Below the pieces are notes generated by a model. It searched no databases, was not told the origin of the DNA, and worked only from the letters and a program-made list of their open reading frames with translations. Positions 39,297 through 48,574 of a stretch of 64,000 bases of DNA are shown piece after piece; within the stretch, counting starts at the first letter, position 1, and each line of letters starts with the position of its first letter. The stretch is taken from contig LBTB01000004.1 in the NCBI GenBank assembly GCA_000989305.1, forward strand, positions 12,897 to 76,896, written 5' to 3'. Source of the DNA: Candidatus Shapirobacteria bacterium GW2011_GWF2_37_20 (GTDB lineage Bacteria > Patescibacteriota > Microgenomatia > UBA12405). The translations under genes were made by a program, and so were the position numbers.

Positions 39297-39929
39297 ATGG
39301 ACAAAGAAGTGTTGGTTTTGACTGGTTTATCTCCGGAGATATCAACTCGATCTTCGAATGCAGTAGTTGGGGAAAAATTAACAAAAGCTTTGGGAATGGA
39401 AACAACAATTGTTGATCTTCATTGGAAAAAGAGTAAATACTTGGCCGAATTAGAAAATGTTTTGAATAAGAAAATTGAAGAGGCGAACGGGCAAGTGGTT
39501 TTAATGGGTATTGATATCGGAATGAGTCAAGCATTAATAGCCAGACAGAAATATGGGCAAATGAAAGTATCGGAACTTATTTCTGTATGTGGCTGGAATT
39601 GGCCGGAGCTTGGTTTAAGGAGTTTTGAAATACAAAAGTTAAATGATTTGCGGCAGATAAGTCCGATTTTTGGAAAAACAATTAGAAAATATACGGATTT
39701 GTTTGTTGGTAAATTTAATAAGTTTAACAGGGTTGTCAGCAGATTTGAGCCTTTTCATTGGAATAAAATACTGACCTTTGTGGCAAAGAACGATGAAATA
39801 GTTCCCAGAAATTGCAATGTGATTGGACCGGTAATGGAGGTGGTGGAAGTTAGGGGTAATCACGCTGGAGGAATTTTGAACGCTTTGAAGGAGACGGAGA
39901 AAATGAAGGAGTTTATTGAGAGGAGATAG
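39297..39929 (+). CDS. Alpha/beta hydrolase fold protein, paralog with GIDIG elbow
   Basis: VLMGIDIG, AKNDEIVP, GNH; aligns with the preceding ORF. Confidence 0.7.
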   Translation: MDKEVLVLTGLSPEISTRSSNAVVGEKLTKALGMETTIVDLHWKKSKYLAELENVLNKKIEEANGQVVLMGIDIGMSQALIARQKYGQMKVSELISVCGWNWPELGLRSFEIQKLNDLRQISPIFGKTIRKYTDLFVGKFNKFNRVVSRFEPFHWNKILTFVAKNDEIVPRNCNVIGPVMEVVEVRGNHAGGILNALKETEKMKEFIERR

Positions 39930-39931
39930 TA

Positions 39932-40441
39932 TTAGAGAAGGGAGCGGATCTTTTTTTCGATTGATTCAGGGGTCTTTTTGGTGACGAAGGCAATTTCAGC
40001 AGAGAGATGGTAAACGATTTTATCGACTATATCCTGATAATTTTGGGAAAATTTTTCGGCCGTAGTGACTTTGTTGGCACAAAGTTGTTTTAAAACGTAG
40101 ACAGTTTTGTTGGGATCATTGAGATAGAGGATTTCTTTGATGGTTTTAAAGTCAAAAATGACATTTGGATCAACGGGTTTTTTAAGATATTTATAAATTT
40201 CTTTGACTTCCTGAGAGTTAATTAAGTAACGGAGGCCGCTCTTTTGAATATTATCGACCGGAATAGAAAAAGAGGCTGATTTTTGATCGGTATCGATGGG
40301 GCGATAAAGAAAATATTCGCAATCAATTCCCCGATAATCTTTTTTAATTTTTTTATCAAAAATTTGATAAATGTTTTCAAAATCAGTTAGATAATCGCCA
40401 ATAGAAAAACGAGTTTTTGGGATAGATGGTGTGGAATTTAT
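39932..40441 (-). CDS. CarD-like transcription factor, non-canonical (ATA) start; missed by ORF track
   Basis: 169-codon open frame: RFSIGDYL..SFSIPVDNIQKSGLRYLINSQEVKEIYKYL..LSAEIAFV; TGaTATAAT 6 nt before ATA. Confidence 0.75.
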   Translation of the reverse strand: MNSTPSIPKTRFSIGDYLTDFENIYQIFDKKIKKDYRGIDCEYFLYRPIDTDQKSASFSIPVDNIQKSGLRYLINSQEVKEIYKYLKKPVDPNVIFDFKTIKEILYLNDPNKTVYVLKQLCANKVTTAEKFSQNYQDIVDKIVYHLSAEIAFVTKKTPESIEKKIRSLL

Positions 40442-40497
40442 AGATGTATTATATCAGAATAAAGCTAAAAAAGTTTAGGGATGATATATTAATTAAT

Positions 40498-41067
40498 ATG
40501 AATGAAAAGCAGGTGATGCTGGGGATTACGGGGACAAACGGGGCGGGAAAGGGGACAATTGTGGAGTTTTTAGTAAAAGTAGAGGGATTTAAACATTTTA
40601 GTGCCAGTGGACTGATTAGCGAAGAAATTGTTAAACGCGGTATGTCTGTAGACAGAGATAACATGATTGTGGTGGCCAACGAATTGAGAGCACAATATGG
40701 ACCGGGGTATATTGCTGAAGAATTGTTGAGAAGAGCCGGAGAAAGTCAGGAAAATAGAATTATTGAAAGTATTAGGACTTTAGGGGAAGTTGAAAAACTA
40801 AGGGCAAAAGGGGGAATTTTGCTGGCGGTAGATGCCGATCAAAAAATAAGATATGAGAGGATTATCAAGAGAGGGAGTAATAAAGATCGGGTTAGTTTTG
40901 AAGAATTTGCAGAACAGGAGAAAAGGGAAATGGAATCGGAGGATCCGAATAAACAGAACTTATCAGCTTGCATAAAAGTAGCGGATTATGTGATTCAAAA
41001 TAATGGAACAATTGAAGAACTGAACAGAGAAATCGAAAAAATATTAATAATTATTAAAAATAAATAA
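40498..41067 (+). CDS. P-loop nucleotide kinase (dephospho-CoA/dNMP kinase-like)
   Basis: GITGTNGAGKGT, ESIR..E, RYER..R, ADYVIQNNGT. Confidence 0.8.
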   Translation: MNEKQVMLGITGTNGAGKGTIVEFLVKVEGFKHFSASGLISEEIVKRGMSVDRDNMIVVANELRAQYGPGYIAEELLRRAGESQENRIIESIRTLGEVEKLRAKGGILLAVDADQKIRYERIIKRGSNKDRVSFEEFAEQEKREMESEDPNKQNLSACIKVADYVIQNNGTIEELNREIEKILIIIKNK

Positions 41068-41577
41068 ATGAAAATATCAAAGAAATCCTTGGAAGTGAAG
41101 CATGTTCGACCAAGCTGGGACGAATATTTTTTAGAATTGGCAGATGCAGTGTCAAAAAGGGCTACCTGCGATCGGGGCAGAAGTGGTTGTGTGATAGTAA
41201 AAGACAAAAGAATATTAGTGACAGGTTATGTAGGTAGTCCGGCTGGCTTACCTCACTGTGACGAAGTCGGGCATGAGATTAAGAAAACTATTGATGGAGA
41301 CGGGTCAGTTTCAGATCATTGTGTGAGGACGGTGCATGCGGAACAAAATGCGATTTGTCAGGCGGCAAAGTTAGGAGTTTCAGTTGACAGGGCTACGGTT
41401 TATTGCCGAATGACACCATGCCGGACCTGTGCCATGCTTTTAATAAACTGTGGAATAAAGAAAGTGTATTGTGAAAGAAAATATCAGACAGGAAAAGAAT
41501 CTGAGGATATGTTTAAGAAGGTGGGAATTGAAATAGTCTATAAATTTAATGAAATTCAAAAGTATCCAAAGAAATAA
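41068..41577 (+). CDS. dCMP deaminase family protein
   Basis: RPSWDEYF, RATC, HAEQNAI, PCRTC. Confidence 0.92.
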   Translation: MKISKKSLEVKHVRPSWDEYFLELADAVSKRATCDRGRSGCVIVKDKRILVTGYVGSPAGLPHCDEVGHEIKKTIDGDGSVSDHCVRTVHAEQNAICQAAKLGVSVDRATVYCRMTPCRTCAMLLINCGIKKVYCERKYQTGKESEDMFKKVGIEIVYKFNEIQKYPKK

Positions 41578-41968
41578 TTTTGGAAGTGGAATATTTTTTT
41601 AAGCGGGGGAAGATAATTAATTTGATACCGAGTTGTTGGCAAATTTGATACTTTTCTTTATATTTAGAATCATTTGAAGAAATAATTAGGAGGGCGGGAT
41701 TAATTTTTTGAAGTAGTTTGAGATAGTTGGCGTGATTGGGAATATAAATGACCTTATCAACACTTTTTAATTGTTCTAAGCAATATTTTCTTATTTTTTG
41801 GGTAAAGAGGGGGCGGGACGGACCCTTGTGTTTCTGTAAAAATTGATCACTTTCCAGACCAATAATTAGGGTGTCAGAATGCGATTTAGCAAATTTTAGG
41901 AATTTAAAATGACCATAATGGAGAAGATCGAAGCAACCGGTGACGAGAGCGACAGTTGGTTTTGGCAT
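41546..41968 (-). CDS. Cytidylyltransferase/adenylyltransferase (RfaE/TagD-like)
   Basis: GCFDLLHYGH, KGPSRP, YSTSKII. Confidence 0.88.
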   Translation of the reverse strand: MPKPTVALVTGCFDLLHYGHFKFLKFAKSHSDTLIIGLESDQFLQKHKGPSRPLFTQKIRKYCLEQLKSVDKVIYIPNHANYLKLLQKINPALLIISSNDSKYKEKYQICQQLGIKLIIFPRLKKYSTSKIISLDTFEFH

Positions 41969-41989
41969 ATTGATGATAATATAACATTA

Positions 41990-42646
41990 ATGATTGAAGC
42001 AATTTTTTTTGATCAAGATAATACTTTAGTAAATACCCGAGAAGTAGCTGGTGAATCTTACCGGGCGGCAATTAACTGGGTGGCAGCACAAAAAAAAATA
42101 GAAGCAGAAAAGTTGTGGATGGAGTGGCGGGCAGTTTTGGATACACTAAAGAAATCGATAAAACCAGAAGAAAGACAGTTTTCATATTCACTTTCGAAAG
42201 TAGTGACTGATGAGGATTTAGTTGAAGATGCGGTAGAAATTCAAAAAAAAGTATTGGGGGAAGTAATTAAATTAAATGCGGGAGTAGAGGAGTTTTTTGA
42301 GAAAAAGATAGAGGGAGTTAAATATATTTTGTTTACAGAAGACTTTGATGATCAGATAGAGATAAAGCTGGGAAAGTTTGAGTTGAAGGAAAAATTTGAC
42401 TTGATTGTGGGGAGTTCAATGGTTGGACTGATGAAACCGGATATCAAATTTTTACAAATAGCTTGGGATAAATTTAATTTGGACCCCAAGAATTGTTTGT
42501 ATATTGGTGATAATTTTGAAAAAGATTGCCAGATTGGCAAAGAAAATGGAGGAAAAGCAATAATTTTTGGAAGGAGTGACGAACGAGCAGACTATAGAAT
42601 GGATGATTTTACAGAGCTTCGAGGGATATTAAAGATCCTTGGCTGA
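41990..42646 (+). CDS. HAD family hydrolase
   Basis: FFDQDNTL, KPD, YIGDNFEKD. Confidence 0.88.
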   Translation: MIEAIFFDQDNTLVNTREVAGESYRAAINWVAAQKKIEAEKLWMEWRAVLDTLKKSIKPEERQFSYSLSKVVTDEDLVEDAVEIQKKVLGEVIKLNAGVEEFFEKKIEGVKYILFTEDFDDQIEIKLGKFELKEKFDLIVGSSMVGLMKPDIKFLQIAWDKFNLDPKNCLYIGDNFEKDCQIGKENGGKAIIFGRSDERADYRMDDFTELRGILKILG

Positions 42647-43727
42647 TATGACTGTCGGGAGCTAAAACCGAACCTGGGAGTGAGGTACAGTTGTCTTCGA
42701 TAATAGAGTTGTCGCCAATTAAGATGCCAAATGAGAGCATGCCGGTACTGACTGGCTTATTTTTAATGATGGTTTGGATGGGGGTATTGTCAGAATTATG
42801 GGTTTGAGTAATAAAGTTGGTACCTATTTGGCAGTTGTTGCCAATAATAGAATCAGAAATGACGCCAGATTTAATAATAGTGTTTTTGCCAATTAAAGAG
42901 TTGTTGAGAGTGACATTTTCCAATATGCAACCACTTTCGATATTAACGTTGGGGCCAATTTTACAATTTGGTCCGATTTTAACATCCGGGGCGATATAGA
43001 AGTTGCCCTTTTGAATATGTTTGTTAATACCAAAAAGGTCCCAGGCATATTTAAGGGTTAAACTGGTTTCTTCAACTTCAACGGCATAGACGGGATGATT
43101 TTGAAGATAGTTATCAAAGGCTTCAATGAGTTGAAATTCGGTGGGGGGAAGAGTATTCATGAAATTGACAAAGTCTTTGGTGAGGAGGTAGACGCCGACA
43201 TTGCGTTGATTGGAGAGTCCGGTTAGATCCGTTGGTTTTTCGATAATTTTGGTAACGCGCTGTCCCTCAAGAGCGAAAATACCATAACGGGAAGGGTTGG
43301 TGGTGGTTTTGGAAAACATAATCAAATTATCCGGTGAAGCTAATAAGTCTTGATGTTTGTCTAAGTTTTTTAAATGTTCATCGACATTTATTTGTTGTGG
43401 ATTGATAACTAAAAATCGATTTTCTAGGTTTGGGAGGGCCTGAATGACGGCGTTACCAGTGCCAATAGGTTCTTGTTGTGTATAAAATCTTACAGAAATA
43501 TGAGAAGGGGTATAGGAGGCAAAGGTATTTTGGAGGCTTTGATCATCTTGGGGAGACTGGATAACTTCAATTTTGGTGATTCCTACTCGGTCAAGGGCTT
43601 CGATAGTTCTGGAAATAATTGGTTTGCCGGCAATAATAAAATCACTTTTGTGCTGGCGACGGGTAAAGGGGAAAAAACGAGAGCATTCACCGGCGGCGAG
43701 GATGACTGCCTGATTGACTAATTTCAT
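42609..43727 (-). CDS. Sugar-phosphate nucleotidyltransferase with left-handed beta-helix (GlmU-like)
   Basis: AVILAAGECSRF, Q..PIGTGNA, YG..IIEKP, hexapeptide repeats. Confidence 0.82.
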   Translation of the reverse strand: MKLVNQAVILAAGECSRFFPFTRRQHKSDFIIAGKPIISRTIEALDRVGITKIEVIQSPQDDQSLQNTFASYTPSHISVRFYTQQEPIGTGNAVIQALPNLENRFLVINPQQINVDEHLKNLDKHQDLLASPDNLIMFSKTTTNPSRYGIFALEGQRVTKIIEKPTDLTGLSNQRNVGVYLLTKDFVNFMNTLPPTEFQLIEAFDNYLQNHPVYAVEVEETSLTLKYAWDLFGINKHIQKGNFYIAPDVKIGPNCKIGPNVNIESGCILENVTLNNSLIGKNTIIKSGVISDSIIGNNCQIGTNFITQTHNSDNTPIQTIIKNKPVSTGMLSFGILIGDNSIIEDNCTSLPGSVLAPDSHISQGSLISLEAL

Positions 43728-43762
43728 GGGTTAATTTTAGCAATTTTTGATATATTTAGCTT

Positions 43763-44239
43763 ATGGAAATAAAGAAAGGTTTGAGTGAAAAAAACATTGG
43801 ACAACTAATTGATTACGCCAATAATGACGAGGAGGTTAAAAGGTTTACTTCTGACGCTGGGAGGTTTAAGAATAGAGAGAGCTATGACGAGTGGCTTAAA
43901 AAAGGCAGAGCGATTTATGCCTTGGTTGATGAAGAAGACAATTTATTGGGGATAACTTGGTTTGGAAAAGAGGGAGAGGGTGGTTTTACGTTAGCAATTA
44001 GAACCTATGAAAGAGCCAGGCATAAGGGTTTTTCTTATAATTTCTTGAAAGAGACAATGAATGATTTTATGAAAGGGGACGAATATCAGGGGGCAGAGAA
44101 CAAGGAGTGGTGGTTGGAAACATCAAAAGATAATTCGGCGGCAACCATACTGTATGAAAAGCTGGGATTTAGGATAGATGGAGAAGGGAAAAGTTTTGAG
44201 AAAGTTATTTACCGCCGCCGCCCCGGTTTTGTGTCCTAA
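43763..44239 (+). CDS. GNAT family acetyltransferase
   Basis: ARHKGFS, N.AA..LYEKLGF. Confidence 0.82.
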   Translation: MEIKKGLSEKNIGQLIDYANNDEEVKRFTSDAGRFKNRESYDEWLKKGRAIYALVDEEDNLLGITWFGKEGEGGFTLAIRTYERARHKGFSYNFLKETMNDFMKGDEYQGAENKEWWLETSKDNSAATILYEKLGFRIDGEGKSFEKVIYRRRPGFVS

Positions 44240-44375
44240 AAGAGGTGACGACACGGGAATTGAATTTGGTTTGAGGTCCTTTTGGTGGAGCAAAGGGATT
44301 TTTAAAAGGTAGTCTTTGGTTAAAAGGTTTAGTACTCTGGGGAGTCAGAAGAGTGTTTTTAATATCTTTGGCCAT
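44205..44375 (-). CDS. Small basic hypothetical protein
   Basis: TGCTATCAT 5 nt before ATG; K/P/F-rich, ends FRTQNRGGGGK. Confidence 0.6.
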   Translation of the reverse strand: MAKDIKNTLLTPQSTKPFNQRLPFKNPFAPPKGPQTKFNSRVVTSFRTQNRGGGGK

Positions 44376-44392
44376 AAACAATGATAGCAAAT

Positions 44393-44992
44393 TTATAATA
44401 TATTTTTATATTTTTTCATTTCTAAGAGATGCCTGTCGGCTTCCTGCAGTGTGGGCAAAAAACTTTGAGGTTTTGTGGGGTCTTCTTTGACGGTGGTGGC
44501 AAAACCAAAAGAGACATGAATGTTGTTTTTGGTAAGCCCTTCTTCCATGGCATCGTGGATACGGTAAACAAGGTGTTGAATACTGTCCATGTCGGTTATA
44601 TTGGGAAAGATGGCAACAAACTCATCTCCGCCGAAACGGGCGACGAGATCGGTGGCTTGGGTATTTTCATCTAGAATGCTGGCTAATTTTATTAAAACTT
44701 GATCTCCAAGGAAATGCCCTTTTTCTTTGCCGTGTATTTTGTCCAACTCATTGTTGAAATCTCCAAAATTGTCAACGTCAAACATAAGGGCGGTGATACC
44801 CTTGACGTTGCCGGATTGAGCAAGGTTTTCAAGTTGTTGATTAAGATAGCGGCGGTTATAAAGGCCGGTAAGTGAATCGATTAGGGCTTGATTTTTTAAG
44901 TCTTTGTTTTCTTGTTTTAGGCGTTTATTTTCATATTTTAAGCCGGCGGGGCTATTGGGACTGGGTCTGGCGGGGAGTTTATCGAAAAGCAT
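44393..44992 (-). CDS. GGDEF-domain diguanylate cyclase
   Basis: DSLTGLYNRR, DVDNFGDFN, GHFLGD, ARFGGDEF. Confidence 0.92.
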   Translation of the reverse strand: MLFDKLPARPSPNSPAGLKYENKRLKQENKDLKNQALIDSLTGLYNRRYLNQQLENLAQSGNVKGITALMFDVDNFGDFNNELDKIHGKEKGHFLGDQVLIKLASILDENTQATDLVARFGGDEFVAIFPNITDMDSIQHLVYRIHDAMEEGLTKNNIHVSFGFATTVKEDPTKPQSFLPTLQEADRHLLEMKKYKNIL

Positions 44993-44997
44993 TATAT

Positions 44998-45750
44998 TTA
45001 TTGATTAATCATTTTTAGTAACCTATCAATACCAAGGCCGATGCCTGATATGGTTTTTAGTTTAGCAGAATTGGTGGCAAAAGAGGTATCAATGGGGTGG
45101 AGTGGTAAAGAATTTTTAATCCGATATTCTTTTTCCCGATTAAAGGACTTTAGAATTGAATCTGGATCGGTGTTTTCAGTACAGCCATTAGCAATTTCAA
45201 TACCGTTAATATAAAGCTCAAAGCGTTGTCCCTTTTTTGCCAGAGGGCTGAGAAAAGCCGGATAGCCGGTAATAAAAACAGCTTTATCTTTAGGTAAATT
45301 AGGTTCGATTTTATTGAGAAAGTACTGATTGAAATCGGCTTCCTTGTCGGGTAGGTTTTGAGGGAGAACAAAGTTGGTGAACTCGATATCTAAATATTTT
45401 TTGATAAAATTTCGAGTGGAAAGCATTAAGTTTTGGTAATTTTTGTTGATTTCGTACCATTCCAACATTAAAAATTCCGGAGTATGGTTGGGACCTTCGT
45501 TTTCCAGATCGCGAAAACAATGGGAAATGGCAAAGCAGTTTTTTTGATTTTCAGATAGGAATTTTTTGAGGGCAAATTCCGGAGAGGTGGGGAGGTAATA
45601 GTTCACATTTTTATGAGTCCAGGTAGTTTTAAAGGAATAGAGATTTGCTTCGAGGGGGAGAGAGGGGTTGAGGTAAGGGATTTCAATCTCAGTAAAATCT
45701 AGGTTCCAGAGATATTGACGGATAGATTTTAGAAATTCAGATTGGGTCAT
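44998..45750 (-). CDS. EpmA/GenX-like class II lysyl-tRNA synthetase paralog (short)
   Basis: YLPTSPEFALKK, CFRD.E..HTPEFLMLEWY, RFELYINGIEIANG, GIGLGIDRL; no anticodon domain. Confidence 0.85.
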   Translation of the reverse strand: MTQSEFLKSIRQYLWNLDFTEIEIPYLNPSLPLEANLYSFKTTWTHKNVNYYLPTSPEFALKKFLSENQKNCFAISHCFRDLENEGPNHTPEFLMLEWYEINKNYQNLMLSTRNFIKKYLDIEFTNFVLPQNLPDKEADFNQYFLNKIEPNLPKDKAVFITGYPAFLSPLAKKGQRFELYINGIEIANGCTENTDPDSILKSFNREKEYRIKNSLPLHPIDTSFATNSAKLKTISGIGLGIDRLLKMINQ

Positions 45751-46520
45751 AAGTTTTTTAACCCACAAAAATAATCTGGATCGGAACAAAGAAGATTTTT
45801 TGAAGTGAGATCTAAAAAACGCTTGACAACTTTTTTGATTGGGTCGGAAATTGAAGCAATTGGCTTGACTGATTCACAACAGCCGTAAAATTTACCGTCT
45901 GATTGGAGGGAAAGCATGGAACAGCCAAAGTTTTTTGGTGGATAACATGGATAATTCTGACGAATATCTATAATTTGTTTTGAGGTTAGAGATCCAAGGC
46001 GGTCAGTAAGATAAGTTTTGGGAAGATTGTAAACCTGGAAAGAATCTTTATAAGGGTAAGAATCTTTGGTAATTAAGTAAAAAATTTCAACAGGAAAATT
46101 TAATTTTAAAGCGTGTTTTACAAATTTTTTAGATCTGGTAAAGTTGCCTGGTCCGCGATTAGCATCGTGGATATTTTGAGGTCCGTCAAAAGAGACAATC
46201 AATTGACAATTACGGGGATCCTTTATGTTTTTAAGTCTATCAATGGTGCCGTTGGTGATAATAGAGGTAAAAATACCCATTGAGTTTAGTTTGTTAATTA
46301 AAGAGGGAAAATTTTTGAGGGTAAAAACTTCACCGCCACAGAAGATTATAGATTTCAATTGACAGTTGCGAGTTGCGAGTTGTTGGTTGTATCTTCGAAC
46401 GAAGGAGAGAATCTGGGAATTGGAAAGGATATTTTTAGTTTTTTTGGTATAGCAATAGCGACAATTGAGATTACACAGTTCCAGTGGGGAGATATAGATG
46501 TTTTCGAGGGCGGAAATCAT
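45747..46520 (-). CDS. Radical SAM protein with short Cys-containing C-terminal domain
   Basis: CNLNCRYC, GGE, ITNG, SFDG..HDANRG, GC..DG.FYGCC. Confidence 0.9.
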   Translation of the reverse strand: MISALENIYISPLELCNLNCRYCYTKKTKNILSNSQILSFVRRYNQQLATRNCQLKSIIFCGGEVFTLKNFPSLINKLNSMGIFTSIITNGTIDRLKNIKDPRNCQLIVSFDGPQNIHDANRGPGNFTRSKKFVKHALKLNFPVEIFYLITKDSYPYKDSFQVYNLPKTYLTDRLGSLTSKQIIDIRQNYPCYPPKNFGCSMLSLQSDGKFYGCCESVKPIASISDPIKKVVKRFLDLTSKNLLCSDPDYFCGLKNL

Positions 46521-46526
46521 GGCAGA

Positions 46527-46724
46527 TTATAGCACTGTCTGATTATCGGTAGCTTTGGAGCGGATGGCGGGGGGTGATTGGTCTTCTTGGGAGATACTGT
46601 AGAGTTGCTCAGCAATGGTGGGTGAGGGGTGGCATGGACGACGAGGTTCAAAAGGGGGAATTAATCTGACGGGGGAAACGGTGTCAGCACAAAGGAGACA
46701 TTCCGTACTTCCGATTTGACACAT
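46527..46724 (-). CDS. Small Cys/Pro-rich hypothetical peptide
   Basis: 65-aa ORF; TGCTACACT 5 nt before ATG. Confidence 0.5.
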   Translation of the reverse strand: MCQIGSTECLLCADTVSPVRLIPPFEPRRPCHPSPTIAEQLYSISQEDQSPPAIRSKATDNQTVL

Positions 46725-46746
46725 AAATCAGTGTAGCATCAGAGAA

Positions 46747-46926
46747 TTATTTTAGTTTTGTTGACTCTTTGTGTTCGGTATTCTTTTTGCACCAATGACA
46801 ATATTTGTTGAATTTAAGTTTATCAGGGGTGTTGGTTTTGTTCTTTTCGGATAGATAATTTTGGGCACCACAAACGGAGCAACAAAGGGCGATTAAAATT
46901 CGAGGTGTTTTTTTAGATTTGGCCAT
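46747..46926 (-). CDS. rpmG: 50S ribosomal protein L33 (Zn-binding form); missed by ORF track
   Basis: MAKSKKTPRILIALCCSVCGAQNYLSEKNKTNTPDKLKFNKYCHWCKKNTEHKE. Confidence 0.95.
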   Translation of the reverse strand: MAKSKKTPRILIALCCSVCGAQNYLSEKNKTNTPDKLKFNKYCHWCKKNTEHKESTKLK

Positions 46927-46961
46927 GGAGCTATTTTAATCGATGTAGCGGGAATTAGCAA

Positions 46962-47789
46962 TTAATTGATAAGTTGATTATCTAAAATGCTTTTGGCGAC
47001 CGTGTCGCAGAATAACTCACTACCAAGAGGGGAGGGGTGGAGATGATCGGTAGAACTAATAAGAAGTTCTGAGCCATTTTGACCAAAAAGACTGGGGTGA
47101 AAAGTATCGGCGAGGGCAAAGTTATTTTTGTTAGCAAAATTGACTAGATTTTGCAGATAAAGTTTAATGGTGTTGGTTTTTTCAATTTTTTGAAAAGCAG
47201 AGAAATGAACGTCCTTAATCCCGTTGCCAAAAGTAACAGAGTTGGGAGCAATGGTAGAGGCAAGAAGTATTTTGGTGTGGGGCGATTCCTTTTTAATGGT
47301 GCTGGTCAGTTTCTGAAGAGCCTGACTTTGACGGTCGATGCCGGCCTGAGAGTTGCCAAAATTATTGTAGGCAAAGGATTCGATGAGAATTATGTCTGCA
47401 TTTTGAGATAAAATCGACGGGTTGTTTTGACCCAGGTAGGAGGTTGTTTCAGTTAAACGTTTGAGGGCAGATTCGATATTAGTGGAACCATAGCCATATT
47501 TTAAGATGTTAAATTTGGTAAAAGGGAAATATTTTTGAAAGGATTGTTGACAGATATCTTTGGAAAGTGTGTCAATCATTGAATCACCCAAGAGTACCAG
47601 ATCGATTATATTGCCATCACCGCCAATAGGAGGGATATAAGAGGGAACAATAGTTTTTAGACCAAGAACATTTGGTTTGGGGGTGGGGGTGGTTTCGTTG
47701 ACAGATATTATTGGAGTAGAGGGAGTGTAGCTACTGGGGTGATAGGCCTGAAGCAATTGATAATAGAGGGGGAAGAAAAATAGGGGCAT
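46962..47789 (-). CDS. SGNH/GDSL hydrolase
   Basis: LLGDSM, G.G, FAYNN, DHLHPS. Confidence 0.82.
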   Translation of the reverse strand: MPLFFFPLYYQLLQAYHPSSYTPSTPIISVNETTPTPKPNVLGLKTIVPSYIPPIGGDGNIIDLVLLGDSMIDTLSKDICQQSFQKYFPFTKFNILKYGYGSTNIESALKRLTETTSYLGQNNPSILSQNADIILIESFAYNNFGNSQAGIDRQSQALQKLTSTIKKESPHTKILLASTIAPNSVTFGNGIKDVHFSAFQKIEKTNTIKLYLQNLVNFANKNNFALADTFHPSLFGQNGSELLISSTDHLHPSPLGSELFCDTVAKSILDNQLIN

Positions 47790-48085
47790 CAGAGGTCGCG
47801 GTATTTTTTAATTTGTCTTTCGAGTTGATCTTCTAAATCAATGAGGGCTGATTCAAGGAACTTGTGTGTAGTTTCGGAGAAGATTTTTTCTTTGCCTGGG
47901 AGATATATGTCAAAACGGAGATGAACGTTTTTTAATTTGTCGTATTCAATTCGAAGGGTGGCTGTTTTCATTTCCGGGGCGAAGGTGGTGAGGAATTTTT
48001 CTAATTTTTGGTTGATTTTCTCATCGACCAATTTTTTAACTGCATCTGTGAGTTCAAAGTTGTCGCCGGTGATTTGAATATTCAT
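47789..48085 (-). CDS. hpf: Ribosome hibernation factor HPF/RaiA (short)
   Basis: MNIQITGDNFELTDAVK..KLEKF..LERQIKKY. Confidence 0.88.
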   Translation of the reverse strand: MNIQITGDNFELTDAVKKLVDEKINQKLEKFLTTFAPEMKTATLRIEYDKLKNVHLRFDIYLPGKEKIFSETTHKFLESALIDLEDQLERQIKKYRDL

Positions 48086-48134
48086 AGTAATTAAGGATAA
48101 CATTTATAAATAATTGATATAATCAGTGTGTTTT

Positions 48135-48216
48135 GGAGGGTGGGCAGGACGGTAATGCGCTAGTTTTGAAAACTAGTGTCCGTAAGGACTAACAGGTTCA
48201 ACCCCTGTACCCTCCG
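48135..48216 (+). tRNA. tRNA-Ser(TGA)
   Basis: GGAGGGT...ACCCTCC-G, anticodon loop TT-TGA-AA, long variable arm GTCC-GTAA-GGAC. Confidence 0.94.
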
Positions 48217-48245
48217 CTTTGGATTAAATATTTAAGAAAAATATT

Positions 48246-48449
48246 ATGCGAATTGAAACTTTGAAATGTCCGTTAAACACAAAAAATAATCACAGAGGTC
48301 CACTGATAAGTGAGGGAATATGTGGTTTTGGTTTGCATTACAGTGATGAAGCGCCCCATACAATAACAGCAGAGGATATAAGATTATTTGAAAAATTGGC
48401 ACCTTTACCAAAACCAGAAAGAAAAAGTAGAAAGGTAGAGAAAAAATGA
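48246..48449 (+). CDS. Small hypothetical protein between tRNAs
   Basis: 67-aa ORF filling the gap. Confidence 0.4.
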   Translation: MRIETLKCPLNTKNNHRGPLISEGICGFGLHYSDEAPHTITAEDIRLFEKLAPLPKPERKSRKVEKK

Positions 48450-48521
48450 GCCCGGAATGAAATTCGAATTCATGACCTTCCCCTTACCAAGGGGATGCTC
48501 TACCAACTGAGCTATCCGGGC
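48449..48521 (-). tRNA. tRNA-Thr(GGT)
   Basis: GCCCGGA...TCCGGGC-T, anticodon loop TT-GGT-AA. Confidence 0.95.
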
Positions 48522-48574
48522 GACGAGGTTATTTTACCAAATTACGGGTATTTTTGTCTTGAGAAATAAAATCA

